Shown: piece after piece, positions 45,371-55,404 of the stretch
Layout of the letters: the number at the start of each line of letters is the position of its first letter
Numbering within the stretch: position 1 is the first letter of the stretch
IMG/VR virus record: IMGVR_UViG_3300042898_004347
Coordinates: 76,054-140,053 of that record
Source: a virus
Direction: 5' to 3' (one strand)
DNA length: 64,000 nucleotides
Made by a program: the position numbers and the translations under genes
The notes under the pieces: model-generated
Database searches by the model: none
The model's input: only the letters and a program-made list of their open reading frames with translations
What the model was told of the DNA's origin: nothing

Positions 45371-45987
45371 TCAGAAGGCATGAAGAACTCAAGGTCAGTC
45401 TTAGCTTTCTTTTTAAACTGTTTGATGGCAATATCAGTTTCTTTGACCTTGCCAATACGCTTCTTTAGCACATCGATAAAGCCATCAGCATAACCACTCA
45501 TGATGTCTTGTCCATCGATTGATTGAGACATGAAATCTTCAATGCCAGCGTGTTCAATGTAACGGAACTTAATGTCCTGCTGTTTCTTCTCCTTCATGAT
45601 ACGGCGAATGAAGGCATAGTAATTGATCTGAGTAAAATAGGCAAATGCATTTGGAGAACCAGTACGAGTGGCTGCTTCCACATTGTAATTCATAATGGCT
45701 TTAATGCAGTTCTCAACGCCATCCATCACCATCTCTTCGCGATAGGTATATCTCACAAAGTTTGGCTTATGAGATAGACCTTCAGCAATGCGAAGAAAAC
45801 ACCGCCCAATGTATTCGGTAATACGAGGAATCTCGGTATTAGTCGCCTTGGCTTTCTTGACTAGATTTACATAGTCAACGACTGCCTGAGAGAACTCTTT
45901 ATTATTCACGTAATGCACGCCCGCACGCTTTGCTGCGATCGTCATTTTAGGTTTCACATTCGGGTCTAAATTATCAGTGGTACTCAT
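45367..45987 (-). CDS. 55: Late sigma factor gp55
   Basis: HYVNNKEF, IAEGLSHKPNF..Y...EEMVMDG, NAFAYFTQI. Confidence 0.95.
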   Translation of the reverse strand: MSTTDNLDPNVKPKMTIAAKRAGVHYVNNKEFSQAVVDYVNLVKKAKATNTEIPRITEYIGRCFLRIAEGLSHKPNFVRYTYREEMVMDGVENCIKAIMNYNVEAATRTGSPNAFAYFTQINYYAFIRRIMKEKKQQDIKFRYIEHAGIEDFMSQSIDGQDIMSGYADGFIDVLKKRIGKVKETDIAIKQFKKKAKTDLEFFMPSE

Positions 45988-46161
45988 TATAAAATTATGG
46001 TGTAGTCATTTATCAGAATCAATCTAACATATCAAGCTTGAATTGTAAACACTTAGTTTTAAGTTTTTGTGTAAAACTAAATGATGTTCATGTACAATTA
46101 AGATGTACACATTGGCTCATCATTCTTATAATCTATCTCTGTTCACTTAACAGTATTAGGA

Positions 46162-46560
46162 TTAACTATTAAATCTTTCCTTAGGATCAATCTTAAAGTT
46201 AAGGTCGTCCCATGGATTTTTAAAAGATTTGCTGGCTTTCTGTTTTATAGAAGGATCTTTCGATTCAGTTTCAAAGTGATGAGAAACAATCTCCGAGTAT
46301 TGCTCCTTGATTTCATCGTTTGGAATTGCAGCACTCAGCACGTGGTCTTTACGAATCATATGGACTCGAGAGCTGGCTCCAAGAAACCAAGGAGAATAAT
46401 ATGTGGAGGAACGAATTCCATCAACAGTTGAAACGCTGATCGTGTTTACTTGAACAGGATCACGAACCAACATATTTTTATCCGTATCAGATAGCACCTG
46501 ACACACAATCGTATCTCCTGAGGTGAGCTTAAAAATGACTGCAAGATCGTAGAGACTCAT
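46162..46560 (-). CDS. Conserved T4-like hypothetical protein (Sm-like)
   Basis: KLTSGD.IV...P...PW; follows uvsW. Confidence 0.6.
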   Translation of the reverse strand: MSLYDLAVIFKLTSGDTIVCQVLSDTDKNMLVRDPVQVNTISVSTVDGIRSSTYYSPWFLGASSRVHMIRKDHVLSAAIPNDEIKEQYSEIVSHHFETESKDPSIKQKASKSFKNPWDDLNFKIDPKERFNS

Positions 46561-48080
46561 AGCGCCACCTCATGGATTACATAGTTAAACTTTTCTTTTG
46601 AATACAACTTGATTCTTTCCGATGCATGATCCAGCGTATAGTTGCGTGACTTCTTCCAGTGCAGGTCATCAGCAATGTCAAATACCTTTGTGGCAACGCC
46701 GTTATCAGATTTACGAAGCCCACGTCCAATAGATTGAAGAATACGAATCTGAGATTTTGAAGGAGAGGCAAACACGATGTTATGCAGATTACGTATATTT
46801 ATACCCGTAGAAAACGTACCCATAGAAGCCACAATGATTGCATCCTTTTCGCCCTCGGTAATCTCACGAATACGTTCACGTTCATCAGTATCTACTCCGC
46901 CCGACACAAAAAAGAGTTTGCGAGTCCGTCGGGGCAATTCATTTAACTTTTTATCGATTAGATCGTACAATGGTTTGCCATGCTTTTCGACGTAATTATA
47001 AAGGATCAACGTATTGCCTTCCTGCGCCAATGCTAGATTGCGAATAAATTTATTTCGCGGTGCATGAGACACGATAAAATCAATCTCAGCCTGATAATCG
47101 AATTGCTTTGCTGCCTGACATAACTCGTCACTATACTTCATCAATAATACCGAAATGTCAAGATCTGAAAGAGCGTTCTGTTCAATAAGAGTTTTTGTGG
47201 TAGTCACCTGATAGACGGGACCAAATAATCCTTCAAGTACAAGCTTATGTGTTTGAGTTCCATCCAATGTGCCAGTAGTACCAATGCGAAATTTAGCATC
47301 TCTTAGTTTCTCTAGAATTGCTGCCAATGATTTGGCTTTAAAGTTGTGAGCTTCATCTCCAATGACCATGCCATACGGTTCGAACCATGTGGCCTGCATC
47401 TTATAGATGGACTGCCATGTGGTAATAATTACACGCTGGCTAATGTTGATTTTCTCTTTACCCGAATAGATTCTATGGCATGTTTCCTCAACACCCCACG
47501 TTTCATCGAGTGTGGCATAATCTGCAAAGTCCTTATACATCTGTTCCACGAGGGAAGTTGTTGGCACAATCAGCAGTACTTTTTTATCGTATTTGGAAAG
47601 ATACCATCGAATTAGAATGTAGATGATGAGTGACTTACCCGAGGCGGTGGGACTCAGCAGCAGTGCTCTCCAATTTGTGAGTGCATGCATTACTGCCTCA
47701 ACCTGATACTCTCGTGGATCAATCGATTTACCGTGAGCATACAGATTCAGGCTCGCAATGAATTGAGCCAGTTCATTTGAGTCAATCAGTTCTTGAGAGT
47801 TTGGTCTTCCGTAGTATGGATCATCCACCCATTCTACTTCACATTTTCTAACCTCAGCAAACTCTTTGATGTAGGGAATTAAACCGCCATAGATTGTCTT
47901 GAGTCGAGAATCAAAGAGACGAATCTTTCCATCCCATACCTTATTACGGTATGCTGGCATAAACTTATAGCCAGGAACGAAGAAAGTAAAAAAGTCAGAC
48001 AGTTCATTTGCAACAGATGGATCACAGTCCACCCGAACAAATACCTCATTCTTCTTCTGGATCTTAATAAGATCGCTCAT
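46557..48080 (-). CDS. uvsW: DNA helicase UvsW
   Basis: SPTASGKS, GDEAH, TGT, QSIGRGLR. Confidence 0.95.
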   Translation of the reverse strand: MSDLIKIQKKNEVFVRVDCDPSVANELSDFFTFFVPGYKFMPAYRNKVWDGKIRLFDSRLKTIYGGLIPYIKEFAEVRKCEVEWVDDPYYGRPNSQELIDSNELAQFIASLNLYAHGKSIDPREYQVEAVMHALTNWRALLLSPTASGKSLIIYILIRWYLSKYDKKVLLIVPTTSLVEQMYKDFADYATLDETWGVEETCHRIYSGKEKINISQRVIITTWQSIYKMQATWFEPYGMVIGDEAHNFKAKSLAAILEKLRDAKFRIGTTGTLDGTQTHKLVLEGLFGPVYQVTTTKTLIEQNALSDLDISVLLMKYSDELCQAAKQFDYQAEIDFIVSHAPRNKFIRNLALAQEGNTLILYNYVEKHGKPLYDLIDKKLNELPRRTRKLFFVSGGVDTDERERIREITEGEKDAIIVASMGTFSTGINIRNLHNIVFASPSKSQIRILQSIGRGLRKSDNGVATKVFDIADDLHWKKSRNYTLDHASERIKLYSKEKFNYVIHEVAL

Positions 48081-48523
48081 GCTCCGGATGTAAACTTGCG
48101 CCAGTCAATCATGTTCTTAATATGAGTATGGCGCCAGCGCAGAGTACCCATAATCTCCTCAAGCGTTTCTACCAGAGTTTTGAGATAGATAATCTTTTCT
48201 TCTGACTTCTGAAGCTCAGGATCAGCATTAAAATAATACTCAAGGTCCGTCTTCATGATCTTAAGACCGTTGAATGGATCAAATGGCCAACCACGAGTGG
48301 CAATCTCAGCCTGATCCATCTTACCGTTGAAGTAGAGCCATTTGTCCTTTAAAAGGATCTTTTGTTCAAGCTCTTTCTTCTTTAGCTGAAGTTTCGTAAT
48401 CGAGATAAGTTCCAGGTATTTACCATGGATCTTTGCAATTTTCTGAGAAGATTCATCGAGATTCATCTCATCAATCTCAGAATCCTTTTTCCACATTTCA
48501 ATCAAACCATCAAGTGTAATCAT
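48077..48523 (-). CDS. uvsY: Recombination mediator UvsY
   Basis: WKKDSEID, H.KYL, KWLYFNGK, IKNMIDWRKF. Confidence 0.9.
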   Translation of the reverse strand: MITLDGLIEMWKKDSEIDEMNLDESSQKIAKIHGKYLELISITKLQLKKKELEQKILLKDKWLYFNGKMDQAEIATRGWPFDPFNGLKIMKTDLEYYFNADPELQKSEEKIIYLKTLVETLEEIMGTLRWRHTHIKNMIDWRKFTSGA

Positions 48524-48552
48524 AATATAATAGAAGTATTTATCTTAAATTT

Positions 48553-49020
48553 TTAGGTCAGAAATTCGAAGTAGGTATATTCCAACTGAGCATCCAACGT
48601 CACATATTCCACATCCGTGTTTTGAGTATGCAGTTCAAGTTCACCCAGAGAAACTGGAAATGCATCAACATAACGAATCTTTTTTGTAATGTTATTATGA
48701 CTCGACATAATGTGAAGGATCACATCGCATTTCTTAAATGTTGATTCAACGGAATTCAGTTTCATCCAGTTAAAAATCTCAATGTAATTCTCCATATTCT
48801 CCGAGACCATGAACTTCATAGTGAATGCAGGATATTCAATGCGGTCACCCGAGATTCTATTTTGATTGCCACGCCATGGCATATTCACGGGCGTCAGCGA
48901 AATTCCAGGAACTGTGGCATGAGTACAGAAATACTCGAGATTTGAAAATTCCTGAGAATTGATAACCACCTTAAACCCGGTGGGACTCAGGTAGTTTTTA
49001 TTTGTGGTAAGGTTATTCAT
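48553..49020 (-). CDS. 3: Tail completion / tube terminator gp3
   Basis: NYLSPTGF, PGI, GD...Y, E.MENY.EI.NW, DAFP..L. Confidence 0.8.
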   Translation of the reverse strand: MNNLTTNKNYLSPTGFKVVINSQEFSNLEYFCTHATVPGISLTPVNMPWRGNQNRISGDRIEYPAFTMKFMVSENMENYIEIFNWMKLNSVESTFKKCDVILHIMSSHNNITKKIRYVDAFPVSLGELELHTQNTDVEYVTLDAQLEYTYFEFLT

Positions 49021-49027
49021 ACATCTA

Positions 49028-49035
49028 TATTTATA
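49028..49035 (-). promoter_or_regulatory. T4-type late promoter TATAAATA
   Basis: Exact consensus just upstream of gp3. Confidence 0.7.
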
Positions 49036-49038
49036 GGC

Positions 49039-49068
49039 AAAAAAAGGGGCTCCTTTCGGAGCCCCTTC
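49039..49068 (-). terminator. Rho-independent terminator after gp23
   Basis: AAGGGGCTCC-GAAA-GGAGCCCC followed by TTTTTTT on the minus strand. Confidence 0.85.
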
Positions 49069-49096
49069 TCAAAGTATTTAAAATACTTAAACGTAA

Positions 49097-50455
49097 TTAC
49101 GTGTCGAGCAGACCCTTTACGCCGAAGATACGGAAGTATTTATTCGAGCGATTTGTGCCAACGCCGTTCACTGGGGCAGACTCAGCGAATGGATTTGCAA
49201 CCATGCCGTAACGAGTCTTGAACCCGATACGTGGTTGGAAATCAGCCGGATTTACTGCGCGTACCATTGTGAGTGGGACGTATGGAGCATAGAACATACC
49301 CGCATCATACGGATTTGTACCACGGTATCCAACAGTGACATAATCATCCGTTGCATATGGATCGATATAAACCTTGGTACGACCATTGAGAACACCAGCA
49401 AAGGTGCTACCAGTGTCGTCAACTTCGAGGTTAGTCGAAAGAGCTGGGGTATAGTCAAGAACGCCAGCAGCAACAAGAGCTGAAGCAACGTCGCTTGAGC
49501 AAAGGATGAAATTACCCTTACCACGACGTGTAGCTTTTGCAATTGCATTGGCTTCGCGTTCGATTTGAAGGATCATACCCTTGAACTTTTCAACAGACCA
49601 ACGACCATCAACATCGGTCGTCAAGTTAACTACACCTGGGACGGTGCAATTTGCAGACTGTGCACCAAGGATCGCCTTGATGTTGATCGTGCGAATGACT
49701 TCGCGATTGATTTCCGCAAGGATTTCAGCCGAGAGGATGTTAGCGAGCTCTGACTCAGCATCGAGACCGTGAACGGCCTTCAAGTCCTGAGCGAGTTCCA
49801 TTGTGTACTCGGCCTTGAGGGCGCGTGTACGGGCAGTGACCGTTGCTTTCTCGATTGAGAAGGCCATTTCGCCGAAAGCCGCACCTGAACCGCCGAGTGC
49901 TTCTGACTGCGCTGTGGTCATACCATGAGCACCTGCATCGCCAGTAATGAATGCATCACTGACTTTATCAGTGTTAGCATCTGTTGCAGCGATCGAGGAG
50001 GCTGTACCGCCCAAACCAGATGAAGGACCACCGTTGACCACGGCAGAACCACTTGAATTGAGACCAGAGAAGCCAGCATCAGCTTCATTGAAGAGAGCTT
50101 CTGTGCCATCCTGTGTTGCGTACTTGCTCTTCATTGCGAAGATCAGGCCAGTTGGGCCAGACATTGGTTGAACGCCAGCAATATCATAGGCGATCAGGTT
50201 TGGCATTGAACGGCGAACGAGGCTGATCAGGATTGGATCCCAATTTGCGACGCCGGCGGCGGTCACTGAATTGACAGGAGTTGCCTCGTGCAATGATTGA
50301 AAAGAATTAGCCGAGCGTTCTTCGCGGAGGGCTTTTTCTTGATTTTCCAGCACCACGGCTGTAACAGCGCGGCGATAGTTGTCTTTGATTGAAGGAAGAT
50401 CCTTATGGTTGATGATAGGATTCCACTTCTCTTGAAGTAATTCTGAATTATACAT
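49097..50455 (-). CDS. 23: Major capsid protein gp23
   Basis: PNLIAYDIAGVQPMSGPTG, RALKAEYTMELAQDLKAVHGLDAE, FQPRIGFKTRYG. Confidence 0.97.
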   Translation of the reverse strand: MYNSELLQEKWNPIINHKDLPSIKDNYRRAVTAVVLENQEKALREERSANSFQSLHEATPVNSVTAAGVANWDPILISLVRRSMPNLIAYDIAGVQPMSGPTGLIFAMKSKYATQDGTEALFNEADAGFSGLNSSGSAVVNGGPSSGLGGTASSIAATDANTDKVSDAFITGDAGAHGMTTAQSEALGGSGAAFGEMAFSIEKATVTARTRALKAEYTMELAQDLKAVHGLDAESELANILSAEILAEINREVIRTINIKAILGAQSANCTVPGVVNLTTDVDGRWSVEKFKGMILQIEREANAIAKATRRGKGNFILCSSDVASALVAAGVLDYTPALSTNLEVDDTGSTFAGVLNGRTKVYIDPYATDDYVTVGYRGTNPYDAGMFYAPYVPLTMVRAVNPADFQPRIGFKTRYGMVANPFAESAPVNGVGTNRSNKYFRIFGVKGLLDT

Positions 50456-50485
50456 GTTAGTTTAGTTTAAATCTACTACTGTAGA

Positions 50486-51832
50486 TTATTTAAGTGTTCG
50501 GGTAATTGCTGAAGAATATGCTGCCATTAATGGGTTTAGATTTTCATCTAAACTGGATTCACTAAGAGTGACTGCTTCTTCTGTTTGTACTTTTGCTTTA
50601 ACAACCTTACGAAAGAACGATTCTTTGATGCCTTGAACTTTCTTAGTGAAAGACTCTGCATCTTCAAAATCAATTTCTGATGTAAGAGAATTGAACTTGA
50701 CTGCTTCTGTTGAAGCAAGACCTACTGAAGCCTCAGCAAGGATCTGTTCGCGCTTTAACGCGCCTACAGACTCATTGAGTTTCATATTGGATTCCGTGGC
50801 CTTCATCAGCTGTTCTTCGAGGGAAGCAACGTTCTTGGTGAGAGTATCAACAAGATTTTCCTTACCTTCTGGAACTTCGATGTAGCTTTCCTTGAATACG
50901 TTTTTCAACGCACCAATGAAATTCTCCGCGATCTCGGTACGCAGACCAGATTCGATTGCGACTTTGTTCTCTTCCATCCAGGTCTTTACCACATAGCTAA
51001 GATAGCTATCAACCTTCTCGGAGAGAGCTGAAGCCATTTTTGTGGTTTCTTCTTCCAATTGAGTTTGGTAATTTTCCTCGATGCGAGAGACTTCTTCCGC
51101 AAGTTTCGTCTTTACTGCAGACTCGAAAAGTGAAGATGCCTTAGAACGGAAAGCTTCGGACAGTGACTTTTCAGCCTGGAGAAGAACATCAAGGTTTTCC
51201 TTGACTTCCTCTTCATCGTCGTCTTCTTTCTCTTTCTTTTCGTCTTCACCCTTTTCATCGTCGGCCATTGGCATTTCTGCATCTTTCGGTGCATCCGCCG
51301 CTGGTTCTGCTGCCATCTTTTCTGCTGAATCGTCCTCGGGTTTTGCGGGGTCTTCAGCCTTTGACATCTCTTTTGGAGTTGTCATTGTGCTGTAGGCGCT
51401 CGCTAGATCCTCGGTCTTCATTGTTGAGAGATGCTGATACATCGCATTAATGAGTCCAGCTTTGGTCTGGGGCACTTCTGCTTTAGGAGCCGCAGCAATT
51501 GCTGCGTTCACTGAATCAGCTGCCTTTTGAACATCTGGTGCAAGTGCCGGCGCCTCAGGAACTCCCTGAGTGTGTGGCGCCATCGCCACAGGTGCTGCAC
51601 TTACAGCGGCTGCAACTGCATCGAATTCTGGTTTTACAGGATCCGCTTCAGGAGCATCCACCGGTACTGCATTTGCTACTGGAGCATCCGCGGTACCTTC
51701 TTTGTCATCAAGCTTCTTCTTGCCTTGTTCCTCGCCAGAAACTTCAACGTCTTCAACGAGTCCATCAGCAAGTAGTTCTTCAACAGTGATGTCTTCAATG
51801 AGATCAACTTGACCTTTTGATTTTAATGACAT
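50486..51832 (-). CDS. 22: Prohead core scaffold gp22 with a long N-terminal extension
   Basis: LSEAF..KA..LFE.AV, VDSYL.YVV..WMEEN.VAIE.GLRTEIAE.F. Confidence 0.9.
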   Translation of the reverse strand: MSLKSKGQVDLIEDITVEELLADGLVEDVEVSGEEQGKKKLDDKEGTADAPVANAVPVDAPEADPVKPEFDAVAAAVSAAPVAMAPHTQGVPEAPALAPDVQKAADSVNAAIAAAPKAEVPQTKAGLINAMYQHLSTMKTEDLASAYSTMTTPKEMSKAEDPAKPEDDSAEKMAAEPAADAPKDAEMPMADDEKGEDEKKEKEDDDEEEVKENLDVLLQAEKSLSEAFRSKASSLFESAVKTKLAEEVSRIEENYQTQLEEETTKMASALSEKVDSYLSYVVKTWMEENKVAIESGLRTEIAENFIGALKNVFKESYIEVPEGKENLVDTLTKNVASLEEQLMKATESNMKLNESVGALKREQILAEASVGLASTEAVKFNSLTSEIDFEDAESFTKKVQGIKESFFRKVVKAKVQTEEAVTLSESSLDENLNPLMAAYSSAITRTLK

Positions 51833-52007
51833 ATATTTTAGATAGCCTACTATAATATTATAGTGGTTGGAGTTTAGAGAGGACACCCAGCATTGAATGC
51901 TTGATATCAGTCTCAGTTAATTCACAATTCACCTTAGATGATTTCACGTTACCATTATATGCATCTTCAGTTTTACCCATAAAGAAAGTTTTATACATTG
52001 AACAATA

Positions 52008-52652
52008 TTACCGTGAGGCAATTTCGTTCAGAAAGTTTTTAAATACACGAACCTGAGCTTCAATAAGCTGCTTGGAAGGTGTACGATGAATTTCAGCCTG
52101 AATACGTTCAGCGATAATTTCATTACCACGAACAAAGTATTCAACGCCTTCCATGATACCATTCACGAATGCTTCTGGAGCAGAAGGATCCTGAACAATA
52201 TCAATCGTAGAAAGAACAAAGTCAGGCTTCACTGTCATTACATTACCGCTGCGTTCCAGTGAACCCATACCGCGGCTTGAAACGCCGAGACGAACTCCGC
52301 CTTCAACGAGACCTTTTACGATGTTGCCCATCGGAGTGTTGAGAACAAGAGCCTTACCCATTACATTATGACCATCCCACTTAAGAGTGGTAATGCGATG
52401 CGAGACCTTATCGAGATTGACCGTGGGACCATCTGGATGATTTAGTTCACCAACGGCACGACCAGTTTCAACTTGTTCTGTAACGTATTTAGAAACTGCT
52501 GGTGCAAGAACATTGTAGCGATAGATGCGACCATTGCGGTTGGCTTTTTCAGCCTGCATGAAAACGCCTTCAACGAAGGTTTTCTTTTCTGCGCCGATGC
52601 CTTCGGTAATATAACCGATGTCGCTATCGAGATGTTCTGTGATGAGTTTCAT
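52008..52652 (-). CDS. 21: Prohead protease gp21
   Basis: NRNGRIY, GELNHP, GVSSRGMGS, DIVQDPSAP. Confidence 0.95.
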   Translation of the reverse strand: MKLITEHLDSDIGYITEGIGAEKKTFVEGVFMQAEKANRNGRIYRYNVLAPAVSKYVTEQVETGRAVGELNHPDGPTVNLDKVSHRITTLKWDGHNVMGKALVLNTPMGNIVKGLVEGGVRLGVSSRGMGSLERSGNVMTVKPDFVLSTIDIVQDPSAPEAFVNGIMEGVEYFVRGNEIIAERIQAEIHRTPSKQLIEAQVRVFKNFLNEIASR

Positions 52653-52918
52653 TTTGTACGAGATGTTCTGTGATGCTGCTGCAGCTCCTCATGATGCTTT
52701 GCCATGATTGTATGATAGCTGCGTTTTGCTTCGTCTCCCCCTAAACCGAGGTGATTCGCCGCAACGCCATGCATAATACTTGCTACGCGATGAGATTTTT
52801 CTGCCTGAGTGTGATCGCCTTTTTCGGTATCAACATATGCAAGCTGACCATGTGCATGGGCCCGAGCACTATGATCTGGATCCTCTTGCAATTGACGGGC
52901 AGTGTCGAAAAAGTTCAT
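52649..52918 (-). CDS. His-rich small protein, paralog 1 (putative internal head protein)
   Basis: 12 His in 89 aa; lies between the portal and protease genes. Confidence 0.7.
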   Translation of the reverse strand: MNFFDTARQLQEDPDHSARAHAHGQLAYVDTEKGDHTQAEKSHRVASIMHGVAANHLGLGGDEAKRSYHTIMAKHHEELQQHHRTSRTK

Positions 52919-52935
52919 TTAAAATTATTACTCTT

Positions 52936-53280
52936 TTACGGAGAGCGTCGAGCTGCCGCAATCCCGTGACTGAGATGATGGGCCGCCATCGCGGCATGAT
53001 GTTTTGACATATGCTCATGATAGTGCAGCTTAGCACGAGTATATGAAGCCTTTGCAGCTGCATGATGTGCAGTACTTGCGGCTTTATGAAACAGTTCCGC
53101 TTGTGCATGATCATCCATCGAAGAGAACTCGTGGGCGTCTTTGCTATGCTGATCTGCCTTTGCACCTATTGCATCACGCTTTGCACGCTCCGCGTGACCC
53201 TCGGGGCTATTGTAACCATCCACGTAGTCATCCTTCGCCTCTGCAATAACCGAAAGAACACTATTAATTAAATTTTGCAT
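52936..53280 (-). CDS. His-rich small protein, paralog 2
   Basis: HSKDAHEFSSMDDH...YHEHMSKHH aligns with paralog 3. Confidence 0.7.
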   Translation of the reverse strand: MQNLINSVLSVIAEAKDDYVDGYNSPEGHAERAKRDAIGAKADQHSKDAHEFSSMDDHAQAELFHKAASTAHHAAAKASYTRAKLHYHEHMSKHHAAMAAHHLSHGIAAARRSP

Positions 53281-53290
53281 ATTAAAGTTC

Positions 53291-53554
53291 TTATGCGAGT
53301 GCTTCGTGATAACTTTTCATAGTTTTATGATGAGCCGCCATCAAACCATGATATTGCTGAACGCTTTTATCGTACGTCATCTTTGCAGCATCTGAATGAG
53401 CAACACTTGCTGCGCCATGATGCAGTGCTGCATTACCATGATCGCCCATTCCTGAAAATGCGTGTGCATCTTTGGTATGCTTCGAGGCCATGGCGTCATC
53501 CTCAAGATCATGCTCGCCTTCGTTTAATTTACGAACTGTTTCGAAAAAGTTCAT
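53291..53554 (-). CDS. His-rich small protein, paralog 3
   Basis: HTKDAHAFSGMGDH...YHGLMAAHH; 11 His in 87 aa. Confidence 0.7.
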   Translation of the reverse strand: MNFFETVRKLNEGEHDLEDDAMASKHTKDAHAFSGMGDHGNAALHHGAASVAHSDAAKMTYDKSVQQYHGLMAAHHKTMKSYHEALA

Positions 53555-53733
53555 TTAACTTCAGGAGCGCTTGGGCGTTCAACCGCACTATAAACCTCTC
53601 CTGCCATTGAAATTTTCCGTTCATCCAATGCCGCATTCATCTTCTCAGTCATTGCCCGAGTAAATGAGTGATTCGCCTCTGAAGCTTTGCCAGTGGCAAG
53701 AGCCATGATCATTGATGTGAGATTTGTATCCAT
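53551..53733 (-). CDS. Prohead core protein (gp67-like)
   Basis: G...EA...F..AM..K...ALD.RK; immediately after the portal gene. Confidence 0.6.
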   Translation of the reverse strand: MDTNLTSMIMALATGKASEANHSFTRAMTEKMNAALDERKISMAGEVYSAVERPSAPEVK

Positions 53734-53749
53734 GTTACAATATTACTTC

Positions 53750-53757
53750 TATTTATA
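53750..53757 (-). promoter_or_regulatory. T4-type late promoter TATAAATA
   Basis: Exact consensus. Confidence 0.7.
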
Positions 53758-53760
53758 AGA

Positions 53761-55320
53761 TTATGCTTCTGCAACAGGCGCCATTGTGGGCTGTGGGTTC
53801 GCAATTGCCTCAAGTTCAGCCTGTCTTTGATCTTCAGCAGCCTGAGCCGAACCGTCCTCATTCATTTCTTCATCCATTATCTCAATATCCTCATCAGTTT
53901 GACGAAGAATGTTTTTTCTGACCCATCCATCCGAATAGTATTTCCCAATGTAGGGCTGCACCAGTTGAAGCAAAGCGAGTCGATCCGTTAAGATTTCGGA
54001 TTCCTTTAACTCTGTAAAGTGATTGTCCTGTCTAAAATCAACAGTGATATCCTCACGAAATTGTGGCCAATCTTCAAGTGTAATGATACCCTTTAGAATT
54101 AGCTGAGTACGCAGAAGCTCAAAGAACATAATCGAGAATTTCTTACGCAATCTATCCACAAACTTCTGAAATTTAATCTCATCCCGAGCAACCTCAGTTG
54201 TTTTATTTGTAAACATACCGCCATCCGCGTCTTGTAACCGACCGATCGGAACATTAAGGCTACGATATAGCTTCTTCTGAAAATAGACGATGTCATCGAT
54301 CTGGCCAAGATTGTCTCCGCTCGGAAGCGTTGTAATTTCTGTGCCACGACCACCCTCACGGCGCGGGAGCCAAAAGTCTTCGAGCATGCTCATATGCTTG
54401 CGGTCATCGCGAATCTCACCCGTCTGAGCATCATATACCAGCTTATTGCGGTACTGATTCATGATCGTACGCATATATTCTTCCGCCTTACCCTTCGGAA
54501 GATTGCCCACGTCGATATAGAAAATACGGCGTTCCGGGGCACGTGCAAGACGATAGATGACCAATGAGTCTTCCATCATGCGCAACTGATTCACTGGCTT
54601 GATTGCCTTATGAAGAGCAGAGAGAACACGTTTGCGTGATGCATCAAGTATTCCGGAAGGAACATAGCAGACTGCATCCTTACTAATCTTGAGACCAATG
54701 TCTGACCGCTGAAGTCCACTATCCTGATAAAGATAGTATTCATCAACATTTTTAATGATCTTTGCACCGGTCAAAGGATCAACTTCATCCTTGATCTCTC
54801 GGACTTTGCGAATCTTCATCGAATCAATGTAACGCAATTCCTGAATACCATTCTGCGGAGCCGTTTCGTCCACGATGATATGGTAGAATATACGCCCATC
54901 AATATACCATTTACGGAAAATGTCCTGAGCGTTATTGCTAAAATCCAATAACTGACAGATATGATCAAACTCAGCTCTCACGAGTTTCTTGATCGATGCG
55001 GGCTGCTCTAATTTTTCTAAATTGAGTGAGGCGGGAAGATCATCATGATCGTTCACAATTGCCTCGTTAACAATATCGTCGATCGCCTGATCGCATTCTG
55101 ACTGCTCAGAGGCAACACGATATTTCCGAATCAGATCCTGATCCGTCTTTGCCGAGTCTCCATCCAGGTCTAAATATTGTCCATAATATCCAGCCGTACT
55201 AATGGCGGTTGAGCCATCGTCCGTTGTTGCAGGAACGAAAGAAACCGCCTGCGCGTCAAGTTTGTCACGCAGTTCAGCGTCACTGAGTTTTTCAAATTTC
55301 CATCCAAATAGGGTCGGCAT
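53761..55320 (-). CDS. 20: Portal protein gp20
   Basis: WYIDGR, NQLRMMEDSLVIYRLARAPERRIFYIDVGNLP, EDFWLPRREGGRGTEI. Confidence 0.97.
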   Translation of the reverse strand: MPTLFGWKFEKLSDAELRDKLDAQAVSFVPATTDDGSTAISTAGYYGQYLDLDGDSAKTDQDLIRKYRVASEQSECDQAIDDIVNEAIVNDHDDLPASLNLEKLEQPASIKKLVRAEFDHICQLLDFSNNAQDIFRKWYIDGRIFYHIIVDETAPQNGIQELRYIDSMKIRKVREIKDEVDPLTGAKIIKNVDEYYLYQDSGLQRSDIGLKISKDAVCYVPSGILDASRKRVLSALHKAIKPVNQLRMMEDSLVIYRLARAPERRIFYIDVGNLPKGKAEEYMRTIMNQYRNKLVYDAQTGEIRDDRKHMSMLEDFWLPRREGGRGTEITTLPSGDNLGQIDDIVYFQKKLYRSLNVPIGRLQDADGGMFTNKTTEVARDEIKFQKFVDRLRKKFSIMFFELLRTQLILKGIITLEDWPQFREDITVDFRQDNHFTELKESEILTDRLALLQLVQPYIGKYYSDGWVRKNILRQTDEDIEIMDEEMNEDGSAQAAEDQRQAELEAIANPQPTMAPVAEA

Positions 55321-55404
55321 AATTATAATTTATAAAATGAAGTATGGGGAAGAAACCATTCCTCCCCCATACTCATATTTATTCAAACGTCCAAAGGGTA
55401 CAAA

